DNA of 64,000 bases from Vulcanimicrobiota bacterium (GTDB lineage Bacteria > Vulcanimicrobiota > Vulcanimicrobiia > Eremiobacterales > Eremiobacteraceae), in assembly GCA_963805945.1 (NCBI GenBank), contig CAWDVP010000006.1, positions 64,001 to 128,000 on the forward strand. The letters are read 5' to 3'. Shown piece by piece: positions 1 through 9,351 of the stretch. The stretch's first letter is position 1, and each line of letters starts with the position of its first letter. The notes beneath the pieces are model-generated. The model made no database searches. It had not been told where the DNA came from and saw nothing but the letters and a program-made list of their open reading frames with translations. The translations under genes were made by a program, and so were the position numbers.

Positions 1-355
1 GCTGGACGCGACCACCATCGAACGGCTCGTCAAGCGTACCGCCAATGGTGGCGCCGAGATCGTCAACCTCCTCAAAGCCGGCAGCGCCTACTATGCGCCT
101 GCTCGCTCTATCACGGAGATGGTGGACGCCATCCTCCGCGACCGACACAAAGTGCTCCCCTGTGCGGTCTATCTACAGGGAGAATACGGGCTGCGCGACC
201 TGTTCATCGGCGTCCCGTGCAAGCTCGGCTCCAAGGGCCTCGAGCAGGTCATTCAAGTGAAGCTCACGGCGGACGAGCAGGCCGCGCTGAAGAAGAGCGC
301 AGAAGCGGTACAATCGCTCGTGGATGCCCTGCCCCAAGCGGCTCCAGCAGGGTAA
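1..355 (+). CDS. mdh: Malate dehydrogenase, C-terminal part (runs off window start)
   Basis: [23 protein letters not shown]...[22 protein letters not shown], typical of LDH-like MDH C-terminus. Confidence 0.9.
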   Translation, partial: LDATTIERLVKRTANGGAEIVNLLKAGSAYYAPARSITEMVDAILRDRHKVLPCAVYLQGEYGLRDLFIGVPCKLGSKGLEQVIQVKLTADEQAALKKSAEAVQSLVDALPQAAPAG

Positions 356-430
356 TTCGCCTGGCGGAAAATGCCGATAATAGTAAGACAGGGCACATTC
401 CAAATCGGCATGGGGGACGAAGAAGACTAG

Positions 431-2614
431 ATGGCAGCAAAAGCCGGGCAGGCAGGCTCGAAGCCCACGGAGGCTTCTGACGCCGCGCGCCCGCTTCTCC
501 CTGAGCTGCCCAAGGCACAACGGCGCTTCAAGCGCCGGCGCCTGCGCTGTTCCGTCACGCTCAAGACCGACGACGGCAAAGTCGCCATGGGCGAGGCGGT
601 CGACGTCAGCGGCGGCGGCCTGCGGCTCGACTCGCATAACGATCTCGCGGTAGGCGATCGCGGCACCGCACAGGTGCGCATCGGCACGGGTGAAGTGCTG
701 CGCGTGCCCGTGGAAGTCACCTGGCGCAACCAGGTCGACAAAGGCGAGTATGTCTACGGCGTCACCTTCACCGACATCAATGCGGCCGATCGCTTCGCGC
801 TGCTCGAGGCGATCTATTCGCCGGCGCACGGATTCACCGGCTTCGTCGATTCCAGTCAGGGCGCGGATGAAGAAGTGCAGAAGGCCGGCTCCGAGCCGAC
901 CACCCCCGCGCACTACGCGTACTACATGCGCCTCGTGCGCCGCATGGAACAAGTCCACAAAGTCGATCCGGCGGATTCGGACCGCGTGCTCTACGCGCGC
1001 CTCATGCAAGGCCGGCCGCTGCGCGAAGTGCTCGCGGAGCTGGAGATCGTCGGTCGCGGCGAGGTCGATGAGTTCCTGAGCGGGCTGTACGGCGTGCCGT
1101 TCGTCGATCTGCAGCGCCACCGCCCCGAGATCAGCGACAGCGACACCGTCCCCGAAAACCTCGCGACCAACCACATGGTCATCCCGATCTCGAAGAGCGA
1201 AGACTCGATCGTCGTCGCGATGGCCGACCCGAGCGACCTGCTCACCATCGACATGCTGCGCAACCGCGCCAAGCAGACGGTCGAGCTGCGCTTCGCGCTC
1301 ATCGAAGACATCTCCAGCGCGATCGACAATGTCTATCACGGCGCGTCGCTGCACTCGGTCGACAAACTGCTCGAGTCGATGCCCGGCCGCGAGGCCGACC
1401 CTTTCGGCTCGGCGAGCGCCGTCGAAGACCTCGAGACGCTGCGCAAGATCTCCGACACCGCGCCGATCATCACGCTGGTGGAATCCCTGCTGCGCACCTC
1501 GGTCGAAGACCGGGCGAGCGACATCCACCTCGAGCCCTTCGCCGACAAGATCTCCGTCCGTTTCCGGCTCGACGGCGTGCTGCGCGAGCTGCGCACGCTG
1601 CCGAAGACCGTCTACCCGGCGGTCGTGTCGCGCATCAAGATCATGGCGCGCATGGACATCACCGTGCGCCACGTGCCGCAGGACGGCGGCATGTCGATGC
1701 GCTACAAACGCAAAGACTTCGACCTTCGCATCTCGTCGCTGCCGACGCTGTACGGCGAGAAAGTCGTCATCCGGCTGCTCGAGAAGAACCCGGTCTTCCG
1801 CTCGCTCAAAGCGATCGGCTTCTCGGACCGCAATTACGAGCTGTTCGAACCGCTCGCGCGCCGGCCGTACGGCATGCTGCTGTGCTGCGGCCCAACCGGT
1901 TCGGGCAAGTCGACCACCCTGTTCGCCTGCCTTCAAGAGATCAACGATGGCACGACGAACATCACGACGATCGAAGACCCGGTCGAGTATCGAGTGAACG
2001 GCGTCAATCAGGTCGAGGTCAGCGCGAAGCGCGGCCTCACCTTCCCGTCGGTGCTACGGTCCCTGCTGCGCCAGGACCCCGACGTCATCTACGTCGGTGA
2101 GATCCGCGACCGCGAAACCGCCGACCTCGCTGTGCGCGCCGCGCTCACTGGTCACTTGCTGCTCTCGACGCTGCACACGAACACCGCCATCCAGGCGATC
2201 GCCCGGCTCGTGGACATCGGCGTGGATCCGGCCATGATCGGCTCATCGCTGCTCGGCTGCATCGGCCAGCGCCTCATGCGCCGCGTGTGCGACCAATGCG
2301 TGGAAGATTACGAAGTGCCGCTCGACGAGCAGATGGTGCTGCAGGAGCTCGTGCCGGTGGCTACGCCCAAGACGCTGCGCCGCGGCCGCGGCTGCGAGAA
2401 GTGCCACGACAGCGGCTACTACGGACGGCTGGGCGTGCACGAAGTGGTGGCGGTGGACGAAGGCCTGCGCCGGCTCATCGCGCGCGGCGCGGATTCGACG
2501 CAGCTGCTCGACTACATCACCGCGCGCGGGTTCACCGATCTTCGCGACGACGCGCTCGGCCGGATGCTCTCCGGCGAGACGACGCTGCGCGAAGTGCTTC
2601 GCGTCACCGCGTAG
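431..2614 (+). CDS. PilZ-domain-fused GspE/PilB-family secretion/pilus ATPase
   Basis: N-terminal RRFKR and DVSGGG PilZ motifs; ASDIHLEP, Walker A GPTGSGKST, TIEDPVEY, LRQDPD, LSTLHTN, CxxC...CxxC. Confidence 0.9.
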   Translation: MAAKAGQAGSKPTEASDAARPLLPELPKAQRRFKRRRLRCSVTLKTDDGKVAMGEAVDVSGGGLRLDSHNDLAVGDRGTAQVRIGTGEVLRVPVEVTWRNQVDKGEYVYGVTFTDINAADRFALLEAIYSPAHGFTGFVDSSQGADEEVQKAGSEPTTPAHYAYYMRLVRRMEQVHKVDPADSDRVLYARLMQGRPLREVLAELEIVGRGEVDEFLSGLYGVPFVDLQRHRPEISDSDTVPENLATNHMVIPISKSEDSIVVAMADPSDLLTIDMLRNRAKQTVELRFALIEDISSAIDNVYHGASLHSVDKLLESMPGREADPFGSASAVEDLETLRKISDTAPIITLVESLLRTSVEDRASDIHLEPFADKISVRFRLDGVLRELRTLPKTVYPAVVSRIKIMARMDITVRHVPQDGGMSMRYKRKDFDLRISSLPTLYGEKVVIRLLEKNPVFRSLKAIGFSDRNYELFEPLARRPYGMLLCCGPTGSGKSTTLFACLQEINDGTTNITTIEDPVEYRVNGVNQVEVSAKRGLTFPSVLRSLLRQDPDVIYVGEIRDRETADLAVRAALTGHLLLSTLHTNTAIQAIARLVDIGVDPAMIGSSLLGCIGQRLMRRVCDQCVEDYEVPLDEQMVLQELVPVATPKTLRRGRGCEKCHDSGYYGRLGVHEVVAVDEGLRRLIARGADSTQLLDYITARGFTDLRDDALGRMLSGETTLREVLRVTA

Positions 2615-3065
2615 ACACGTCTTTCGCCAGTTCCGCGAAGATCGCACGCTCGACGTCGGTGCGGTGTTCCTTGTCGTCGTCGTAGACGTAGCGCGGCCCG
2701 TGGAAACGCAGGCCGCTCATCGTGTGGTCGCGCACGTGGGTGACCGCGATGTGGGCGAGCGCGCAGGGGAAGGGCACCGAGGCGAGGCGCTCGTGGACGA
2801 TCGACGCGACGCCGCGCACCGCCAAGATCAAGTCGTCGGCGAGGACCTCGAAGCCCACGCCCGTCCGGCCCGCGGCGATGTTCGTGTAGGCGCTGCTGCG
2901 CGCATCCATGGCGAGTGCGACCGTGGTCTCGTCCTTGGCGACGATCCAGCTGTTGAGCGCGGTGGAGGGGACGCCGTCCTCGGACACGGTCGCGAGCACC
3001 ACGGCGGTGCCGCCTCGGAGCGCGCCGCGCAGGAGCGTCCGCAGCTCAGCTTCGCTACGCGCCAT
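2604..3065 (-). CDS. Pyridoxamine 5'-phosphate oxidase-like (FMN-binding split barrel) protein
   Basis: VVLATVSEDGVP motif, about 150 aa. Confidence 0.7.
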   Translation of the reverse strand: MARSEAELRTLLRGALRGGTAVVLATVSEDGVPSTALNSWIVAKDETTVALAMDARSSAYTNIAAGRTGVGFEVLADDLILAVRGVASIVHERLASVPFPCALAHIAVTHVRDHTMSGLRFHGPRYVYDDDKEHRTDVERAIFAELAKDVSTR

Positions 3066-3104
3066 CAGGGTAGGATCGTCACTGCGATAGGCGCGCTCAT
3101 ACCG

Positions 3105-4304
3105 TCAGGTTACAGGTGAAGTTGGGCTTGCCTTCTTTCCGGCACCCGTGCGCCACGGCCACAGCGCAGACCAGCCGTCCTTGAGGATCGGGCGCTCGAG
3201 CAGATAGGTGGTCGCCACCGCAACCAACAGGCAGAACAGCACTGCGGCACCGTAGACGAGATACGGCGCCGCGTGCGGTGAGAGCGCGTACAGCAGGAGC
3301 AACACGTGGTTGCGCAGCCAGACGATGACGAATTTGTTCCACAGGTAGAGATTGTAGGAGATCACCGCGAGGAACACGAGGGCGCGGTTGGCGATGAGGT
3401 TCTGCCAGACCGGCACCGCGAGCGCGCCGCCGAGCGCGAAGAGCGCGATGAGCAGGGCGAAGATCGGGTGGTAGGTGTTCTCCCAATGCCAGGCGACCGG
3501 CCCGCCGCCGGTATCCACCAAGTTCTTGAACATCGCATCGATGCCCAGCGCCGCCGCGAACGACACGACTGCGAACGCCCAGCCGAAGCGCAACACCTGC
3601 GGCTGCTCCGAGCGGAGCATGACGATGAGGTACGCGACGCCCATACCGAGCGCGAAGAAATCAAGAAACCCGGGCAGCTGATAGACGTAGAAAAAGCTCC
3701 ACGAATTGCCGGTCGCCTCAAGATAATACCGATACGCGCCCGCGACCGCGATCATCAGCAGCGGCGTCGCCAGCGGCCAGCGACGGAACGACCAGCATAC
3801 CAGCGGGAAGAGCAGATAGAACTGGACCTCGATCGCCAGCGACCAGAGAGGCCCGTTGATCGATGCGAAGGCGTCCGGCACCGTGTTGTGGATGAAGAAC
3901 AGGTGCAGGAAGAAGTCGCGCACCAGGTGCGGCGTCGCCGGCACGGTGATGGCGAGAAGCACCGTCATGAAGGTGAGCGAGAAGACGTAGCTCGGGATGA
4001 TCTTGAGCGCGCGCCGGTTGGCGAAATGCGCGATCGTCTGCAGCGGCTTGTCCTCGAACAAGTACTGCGCATACGGGTAGAACAGCACGAAGCCGCTGAT
4101 GAAGAAGAAGACCTCGACGCCGAGGAAGCCAGCGTCGACGAAGTGCTTGATGCCGAACAAGGCACCGCCGATATGCACGTTCAGCGGCACGTGGAGCGCC
4201 TCGTCGAGGTGGTAGAGCACCACCATGAGGATGGCCAAGCCGCGCATCCCGTCCATAAAGGCGAGATGCTTGGTGAACTCTCCGGGGGTCTGGGCTGCGG
4301 GCAA
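3105..4304 (-). CDS. Acyltransferase-3 (OafA/YrhL-like) membrane protein
   Basis: DGMRGLAILMVVLYH, GVEVFFFISGF, RRALKI, WSLAIEVQFY, ISYNLYLW, TYLLERP. Confidence 0.9.
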   Translation of the reverse strand: MPAAQTPGEFTKHLAFMDGMRGLAILMVVLYHLDEALHVPLNVHIGGALFGIKHFVDAGFLGVEVFFFISGFVLFYPYAQYLFEDKPLQTIAHFANRRALKIIPSYVFSLTFMTVLLAITVPATPHLVRDFFLHLFFIHNTVPDAFASINGPLWSLAIEVQFYLLFPLVCWSFRRWPLATPLLMIAVAGAYRYYLEATGNSWSFFYVYQLPGFLDFFALGMGVAYLIVMLRSEQPQVLRFGWAFAVVSFAAALGIDAMFKNLVDTGGGPVAWHWENTYHPIFALLIALFALGGALAVPVWQNLIANRALVFLAVISYNLYLWNKFVIVWLRNHVLLLLYALSPHAAPYLVYGAAVLFCLLVAVATTYLLERPILKDGWSALWPWRTGAGKKASPTSPVT

Positions 4305-4399
4305 ACGTGGCTCCTGGCGTGAGAAGCGCGCTTTCCTAGACGGTATATCGTCTCACGGCGCCCTTCCCTGCCCGCGCGGCCTGTGACGGCGGGGCGGGA

Positions 4400-4858
4400 T
4401 CAGTGCGGGGTGGGAGCTACTATTTGCTGCAGGCCCGGCTGCACGTGTACGCTGCCGATCGCATGGAAGCGGCAGAAACCGTCGGGGATGCTGGTGTGCA
4501 GCATCACCGAGTTGTCGCTGTAGTCGTTCTCGGGGAACCAGGGCTTGCCGTTGACCGTGACTTTGAAGGTATGGCTGCCCAGCATGGACGCACCGGGCGA
4601 ATACGGAGCGATCGGGATCTGCTGGACCGCCGCGACGTTGTGGCCGATGACCGGGAGCGCGATGCCGCCGCTCCAGCCGGGCAGCGCGGTGTCCTGCGCC
4701 CAGATGCCGTGCGTGTCGCCAACCGCCGGGGTAGGCGGGCCGTAGTTGTAGATCATGACGCCGAGGGTGAGCGCCGGCCTGCCGCGCTCGCAGGTCTTGG
4801 AGAGAGTCACCGCCTGCACGCCGACGGTGGCGGGCCCGATCGACAGCGCGTAGATCAT
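4400..4858 (-). CDS. CARDB/Ig-like beta-sandwich protein, probably secreted; true start may lie upstream across a frameshift
   Basis: IYNYGP...HTFKVTVN...ENDYSDNS resembles CARDB pattern; Pro-rich segment in adjacent frame upstream. Confidence 0.45.
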   Translation of the reverse strand: MIYALSIGPATVGVQAVTLSKTCERGRPALTLGVMIYNYGPPTPAVGDTHGIWAQDTALPGWSGGIALPVIGHNVAAVQQIPIAPYSPGASMLGSHTFKVTVNGKPWFPENDYSDNSVMLHTSIPDGFCRFHAIGSVHVQPGLQQIVAPTPH

Positions 4859-4936
4859 CGCCGGGGCTGACGGGAGCAGGTGCTGGCGGTTTTAACGGCG
4901 CTGCGGCCGATTCCGTTCCCACAGCAGAAGCGCTAT

Positions 4937-4962
4937 GTAGGGGTCGACCTTCAGGTCGGCCC
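4937..4962 (+). repeat. REP-like hairpin family C (GTAG-GGGTCGACCT-tc-AGGTCGGCCC)
   Basis: Near-identical to copies at 41595 and 62395. Confidence 0.8.
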
Positions 4963-5040
4963 GGGCCATAAAGCGCGCTCGGCCTATGTCCCCAAACCTT
5001 CATTAGAGGACATAGACTTGAGCGTGGATAAGAGGCCCGC

Positions 5041-5947
5041 ATGCCGACGCCTGGGCCGGAATCCGTCGAGCTTTTCGCCACCTACATCCACCACGAACGG
5101 GGGCTGTCCGCGCGTACGGCCGGGGAATACGGCGCGGATATGCGCGATTTCGCCCGCTTCCTGGGCAAGAACACCACGGACAAGCAGCTGCTGCGGGCGA
5201 CGCGTGCCGACGTCGGGCGCTACGTGCAGACGCTCATGGGCAAGCGCAAGTACACGGCTGCGGCGGTGAAACGGCGGATCGCCTCGATCCGGGCCTTTTA
5301 CAAGTACGCCCGGCTGACGAACCTCATCTCGGAGAACGTGCTCGCCGACTTCCCGGCGCCCAAGGGCGGCCGGCACCTGCCCAAGGTGCTGTCGGAGCGC
5401 GAAATGACCAAGTTCCTCTCGGCGAAGATCCACGTGGATGACGAGATCATGTACGCCCGCGACCACGCGATCTTCGAGCTGATGTACGCCGCAGGGCTGC
5501 GGATCGGCGAGCTGGTGCGGCCTGGACATACGCGACGTCGATCGGGAGCGCCACCTCATGCGCGTGACCGGCAAAGGCAATAAGCAGCGCCTCGTGCTCT
5601 TCAACAAGACCGCCCGCCGTGCGCTTGAGCGTTATCTCGCCGTGCGCCCGAGCGCGACGACCGACGCCCTCTTCCTGAGCCGGCGCAACAAGCGTTTGAC
5701 GGTGCGCGGCGTGCGCTACGCCTTCGAAGGCATGAAGCGCGCAGCGGGCATCGAGGGTGCGGCCACGCCCCACACGTTGCGCCATTCGTTCGCGACGCAT
5801 CTGCTCGAGCATGGGGCGGATCTCATGGTCATCAAGGAACTGCTCGGCCACGAAAACCTGAGCACCACGCAGATCTACACGAACATCTCGCTCGAGCATG
5901 TTCGCCAGACGTACGACGACGCGCATCCCCGCGATAAGGACGCGTAG
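5041..5947 (+). CDS. XerC/XerD-family tyrosine recombinase, split by one frameshift near 5518 (likely sequencing error)
   Basis: GLRIGEL, GKGNKQR, HTLRHSFATHLLE, LLGH, TQIYT across ORFs 5041-5583 and 5558-5947. Confidence 0.9.
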
Positions 5948-6154
5948 GCGGACCTGGTCGGGTCGCGGCCGGGCTTGGGCTGGGCGGCCTGGGCGACCCC
6001 GGCCGCTTCGCGGGACGAGGAGGCCAGACGTTCGCCTCGAACACGACCCTATGCCAGCTTGGGGACCGCTCGGCTAGCCTTCTTCTTCTGCTGGCCCCTG
6101 GAGGCGTGAGCGGGCCGCGGCGTTCAATCGCCGTCGGTTTGCACTTCTTACCTG

Positions 6155-7084
6155 ATGCAAATTAGGGTGCTCGGATCGGCCGCCGGCGGAGGCGTGCCGC
6201 AATGGAACTGCGCGTGTAACAACTGCCGTGCGGTGCGTGCCAAGCAGCAACCGTCCCGGATGCAGGCGTCTATCGCCGTGTCAGCCGACGGCGAACGCTG
6301 GTTGCTCGCCAACGCCTCGCCCGACATACGCCATCAGATCGCCGCCTTCGAGAAACTCGCACCGCAGCCGCCGCGCCGCTCCGCGATCTCTGCCGTGGTG
6401 CTCACCGACGCCAACATCGATCACGCCTTCGGTCTGCTCGAACTGCGCCAAGCCGACCGGCTGAGCATCTATTCGACCGAGACGGTCCGCGATGTGCTGG
6501 TGAGCGGGAGCAGCGCGTTCCGGCCGTTCACCAAGCCGCCGAACACCTGGCACATCATCGCGGACTCCGCCGCACACGTCAACGACGCCGCCGGCCTGCC
6601 GGTCGGCTTGCGTATCCGCGCGATCGATGTCGGCGGCATCACCCCAGCGTATGACGGCGGCCGCTCGATTAAGGGCGCGGCTGCGGGCATCCTCATCAAC
6701 GACGGCGCGCACCGGCTGCTCTACGCGCCGTGCGTGGGCGAGATCACCGAGCCGCTGCGGCGCGAGCTCGCGCTTGCGGACGCGGCGTTCCTCGACGGCA
6801 CGTTTTGGAGCGATCACGAGCTCTCGGTCCAGGCGCTCGGCTCGCGCACCGCGCGACAGATGGGGCATATCCCGATCTCCGGCGAGGGCGGCATCCTGCC
6901 GCAGGTGACGGGCCTCGGTGGCCGCCACCGCTACTTCACCCACGTGAACAATACGAACTCGGTGCTCGACCCGCAGTCAGAAGCAGCGCGCGCGGTGCGC
7001 GATGCCGGCTGGGCGGTCGTCGACGACGGGTTGACGTTCTCGCTCTCCAAAGACTCCGGCGAGGCGTCGGGCACCCGCAAGTAG
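6155..7084 (+). CDS. pqqB: PqqB-like metallo-beta-lactamase-fold protein
   Basis: LGSAAGGGVPQWNCACNNC, NASPDIRHQI, DGTFWSD, MGHIPI, HVNNTN. Confidence 0.85.
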   Translation: MQIRVLGSAAGGGVPQWNCACNNCRAVRAKQQPSRMQASIAVSADGERWLLANASPDIRHQIAAFEKLAPQPPRRSAISAVVLTDANIDHAFGLLELRQADRLSIYSTETVRDVLVSGSSAFRPFTKPPNTWHIIADSAAHVNDAAGLPVGLRIRAIDVGGITPAYDGGRSIKGAAAGILINDGAHRLLYAPCVGEITEPLRRELALADAAFLDGTFWSDHELSVQALGSRTARQMGHIPISGEGGILPQVTGLGGRHRYFTHVNNTNSVLDPQSEAARAVRDAGWAVVDDGLTFSLSKDSGEASGTRK

Positions 7085-7099
7085 GGGAGGTATATCACC

Positions 7100-7615
7100 G
7101 TGCGCTTTGCTTACCAGCTTGTCGCACCGCTCGTAGCGTCGCTCGCCCTGTTCCCGGCATCGGCCATCGCAGCCGCGGCATCTCAGCAGGGAATCCAGCA
7201 GAAGAACGTCATCGTGCAGCCAGTGAGCCCGGCGCCGACGGCGCCGTGCCATCCAGCCAGTGGCGTCGGCGATGTCGTCGTCATCCCCGGCATGATGCCG
7301 TTCGAGGCCGAATCTGTCGCCTTCAGCGAGTCACCGAGCACGAATGTTGAGGGGCCGGCCGGACGGCGTGTCGGGCACGGCAGCGTCACCATCGTACGCA
7401 AGATCGGCGCGTCATTGGCGCAGATCCACGTCGGCGGGCGCGAAACATCGGCCATCCCGAGCATGACCATCACCATGCGCAGGGGCAGCCTGAGCAGCTA
7501 CATGGTCGTGACCCTGGAGCAGACGAGCCTGACCAGCGAATGGACCCGCAACGGCACGCAGCTGGAGACCTTGGTCTTCACGTTTGCGTCGCTGTACGAG
7601 TGCCGGGGCCCGTGA
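7100..7615 (+). CDS. Secreted protein with Hcp (T6SS tube)-like C-terminal pattern
   Basis: GGAGG RBS; signal peptide ending ASAIA; SVTIVRKIGAS...IPSMTITMRR...YMVVTLEQ...ETLVFTF. Confidence 0.5.
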   Translation: MRFAYQLVAPLVASLALFPASAIAAAASQQGIQQKNVIVQPVSPAPTAPCHPASGVGDVVVIPGMMPFEAESVAFSESPSTNVEGPAGRRVGHGSVTIVRKIGASLAQIHVGGRETSAIPSMTITMRRGSLSSYMVVTLEQTSLTSEWTRNGTQLETLVFTFASLYECRGP

Positions 7616-7625
7616 ACGGGCGCGA

Positions 7626-7835
7626 TTAGCGCCGGTCGAACTTACCCCAGTCGAAGCGCGTCACGTCGCCGGAGACGTGCACCACGCTGCCGTCCGGCTG
7701 GACGAGCACCCGCACCGGCTCCACGCCCTTGAGCTCGACGAGGATCGCGCCGGTACGCGTCGTCGCGCCGATGGCGAAGCCGTACTTCTTGAACTGCTTG
7801 ATGACTTCGCGCTGCTTGTCGGGTTTTTCAGGCAT
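7626..7835 (-). CDS. Small hypothetical protein
   Basis: 69-aa ORF with natural composition, downstream of LuxR gene. Confidence 0.6.
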   Translation of the reverse strand: MPEKPDKQREVIKQFKKYGFAIGATTRTGAILVELKGVEPVRVLVQPDGSVVHVSGDVTRFDWGKFDRR

Positions 7836-7851
7836 GGCCTAGGCTTTGCGC

Positions 7852-8469
7852 CTAGAGCATCACAAGCCCTTGGCGCGCGCCCGTGGTGACCGCTTCAGTC
7901 CGGCTGCCCGCGTGCAGCTTCGCGAAAATTGAGCCGACGTGGAACTTCACCGTATGCTCGGAGATGCCCAGACGCACGGCGATGGTCTTGTTGGCCAAGC
8001 CTTCGGCCATCATCCGCAAGACCTCGATCTCGCGCTGGGTGAGGCTTGCCGACTTGGTATCGGGGGCGAGGCGCACCGCGGCCGGCACGAGCTGTTCGAG
8101 CGCGTCGGGTTGCAACACGACGTAGCCTGCAGCGACCGCAGCGACGGCGGCCGGGATATCCACACCGTCCCGTGCGATGACCGCGCGCACGCCCGCGCGC
8201 AGCGCCGCCGCGCTCCAACCGCTGTCCGCCTGGGGCACTAAGACAATCACCGGCGGGGCGTGGCGCAGTTCAGCGTCCTGCAGCAGCGACGAGACCGGCT
8301 CGTCGCCGTCGCTGTCGAGCAGCACTACATCGGGCGCGAACGCCTCGATACGTTGAGCAAGGGTGCCCGGGCGGTCGTCGCCGATCACCGCGATGCCGTC
8401 ACCCTGTTCCAGCGCCGCGCGCAATTCGCCGTGCGCGAGGCCGCTCGCTTCGAGCAAGATCCGGATCAT
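7852..8469 (-). CDS. NarL/LuxR-family response regulator with atypical receiver domain
   Basis: PDVVLLD; LTQREIEVL...GLANKTIAVRLGISEHTVKFHV. Confidence 0.9.
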   Translation of the reverse strand: MIRILLEASGLAHGELRAALEQGDGIAVIGDDRPGTLAQRIEAFAPDVVLLDSDGDEPVSSLLQDAELRHAPPVIVLVPQADSGWSAAALRAGVRAVIARDGVDIPAAVAAVAAGYVVLQPDALEQLVPAAVRLAPDTKSASLTQREIEVLRMMAEGLANKTIAVRLGISEHTVKFHVGSIFAKLHAGSRTEAVTTGARQGLVML

Positions 8470-9350
8470 GCGGCGGCTGTGCTCCTCTCGTCTGTTTCGA
8501 ATGACGCAGCAAGCTCGAGCACCTCGCCGCTGCGGAGCACGTGCAGCTGCAGGCGCGCGCCCGGAGCAAGTTCGGCAAGCGCGTCGGGCAGATCTGCCGG
8601 CCGCGCCAGCGGTCGCCCTTCTACGCGGACGATGGCGTCGCCCAGCAACAGGCCTGCGCGTTGCGCCGGGCTGCCATCGGCGATCTCGCACACGAGCAGC
8701 GCGAGCAGCGCACCGTCACGCAGCCGCAGCGGCACCGGTTCGATGGTCACGCCGAGCCGCGGCCGTGCGGCGTCGCCGCCGACGAAGCGCTGCACCGCAT
8801 TGCTCGGCACCGCGACGGCAAGGCCGCCGTAGATCATGCTGTTGATGCCGACGACGCGGCCGCGCGCATCTGCGAGCGGACCGCCGGAGTTGCCCGGCGC
8901 GATGCGCACATCGGCCTGGATCCACTGGGCGCGCCGTCCGCCGTGCGCGCCGCCCGCGAAGACGACGCCGCTCGTCACGGCGCCGACGATGCCTAACGGA
9001 TTGCCCACCGCGAACGCGAGCTCGCCCGGGCGCAGCGCATCCGAATCGCCGATCTCCGCTGCAGGCAGGCCGGTGGCGCCGACGCGCAGCGCGGCGATGT
9101 CGCGCTCGTCGTCACGCGCGGTGAGTTCTGCGGGCATCGTGCGTCCGTCGTGCAATTCCACCTCGAGCCGCTTCGTCCGGGCGACGTGGGCATTGGTGAC
9201 GATAACGCCGTCCGCGCGCCAGATCACGCCCGAGCCGCCGCCGGAGCGGCGCCCTCGGACCTGAACGGTGCTGCGGCGCAGCGCCTCGGCGATGCGCTTC
9301 AGTTCGTCCGCCACGTTGTGGGAATACGCGAGCGCTTGCGGGTCAGCCAT
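8466..9350 (-). CDS. S1C (HtrA-like) serine protease with PDZ, no signal peptide
   Basis: VTNAHV, DIAAL, PGNSGGPL, SPAQRAGLLLGD. Confidence 0.9.
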   Translation of the reverse strand: MADPQALAYSHNVADELKRIAEALRRSTVQVRGRRSGGGSGVIWRADGVIVTNAHVARTKRLEVELHDGRTMPAELTARDDERDIAALRVGATGLPAAEIGDSDALRPGELAFAVGNPLGIVGAVTSGVVFAGGAHGGRRAQWIQADVRIAPGNSGGPLADARGRVVGINSMIYGGLAVAVPSNAVQRFVGGDAARPRLGVTIEPVPLRLRDGALLALLVCEIADGSPAQRAGLLLGDAIVRVEGRPLARPADLPDALAELAPGARLQLHVLRSGEVLELAASFETDERSTAAA

Positions 9351-9351
9351 C

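Noticed and set aside
5041..5947. Prophage or ICE integrase
   Set aside because: Size and motifs fit housekeeping XerC/D; no phage or conjugation genes and no att repeats were seen
5948..6154. pqqA precursor upstream of pqqB
   Set aside because: No short ORF with an ExxxY motif was found
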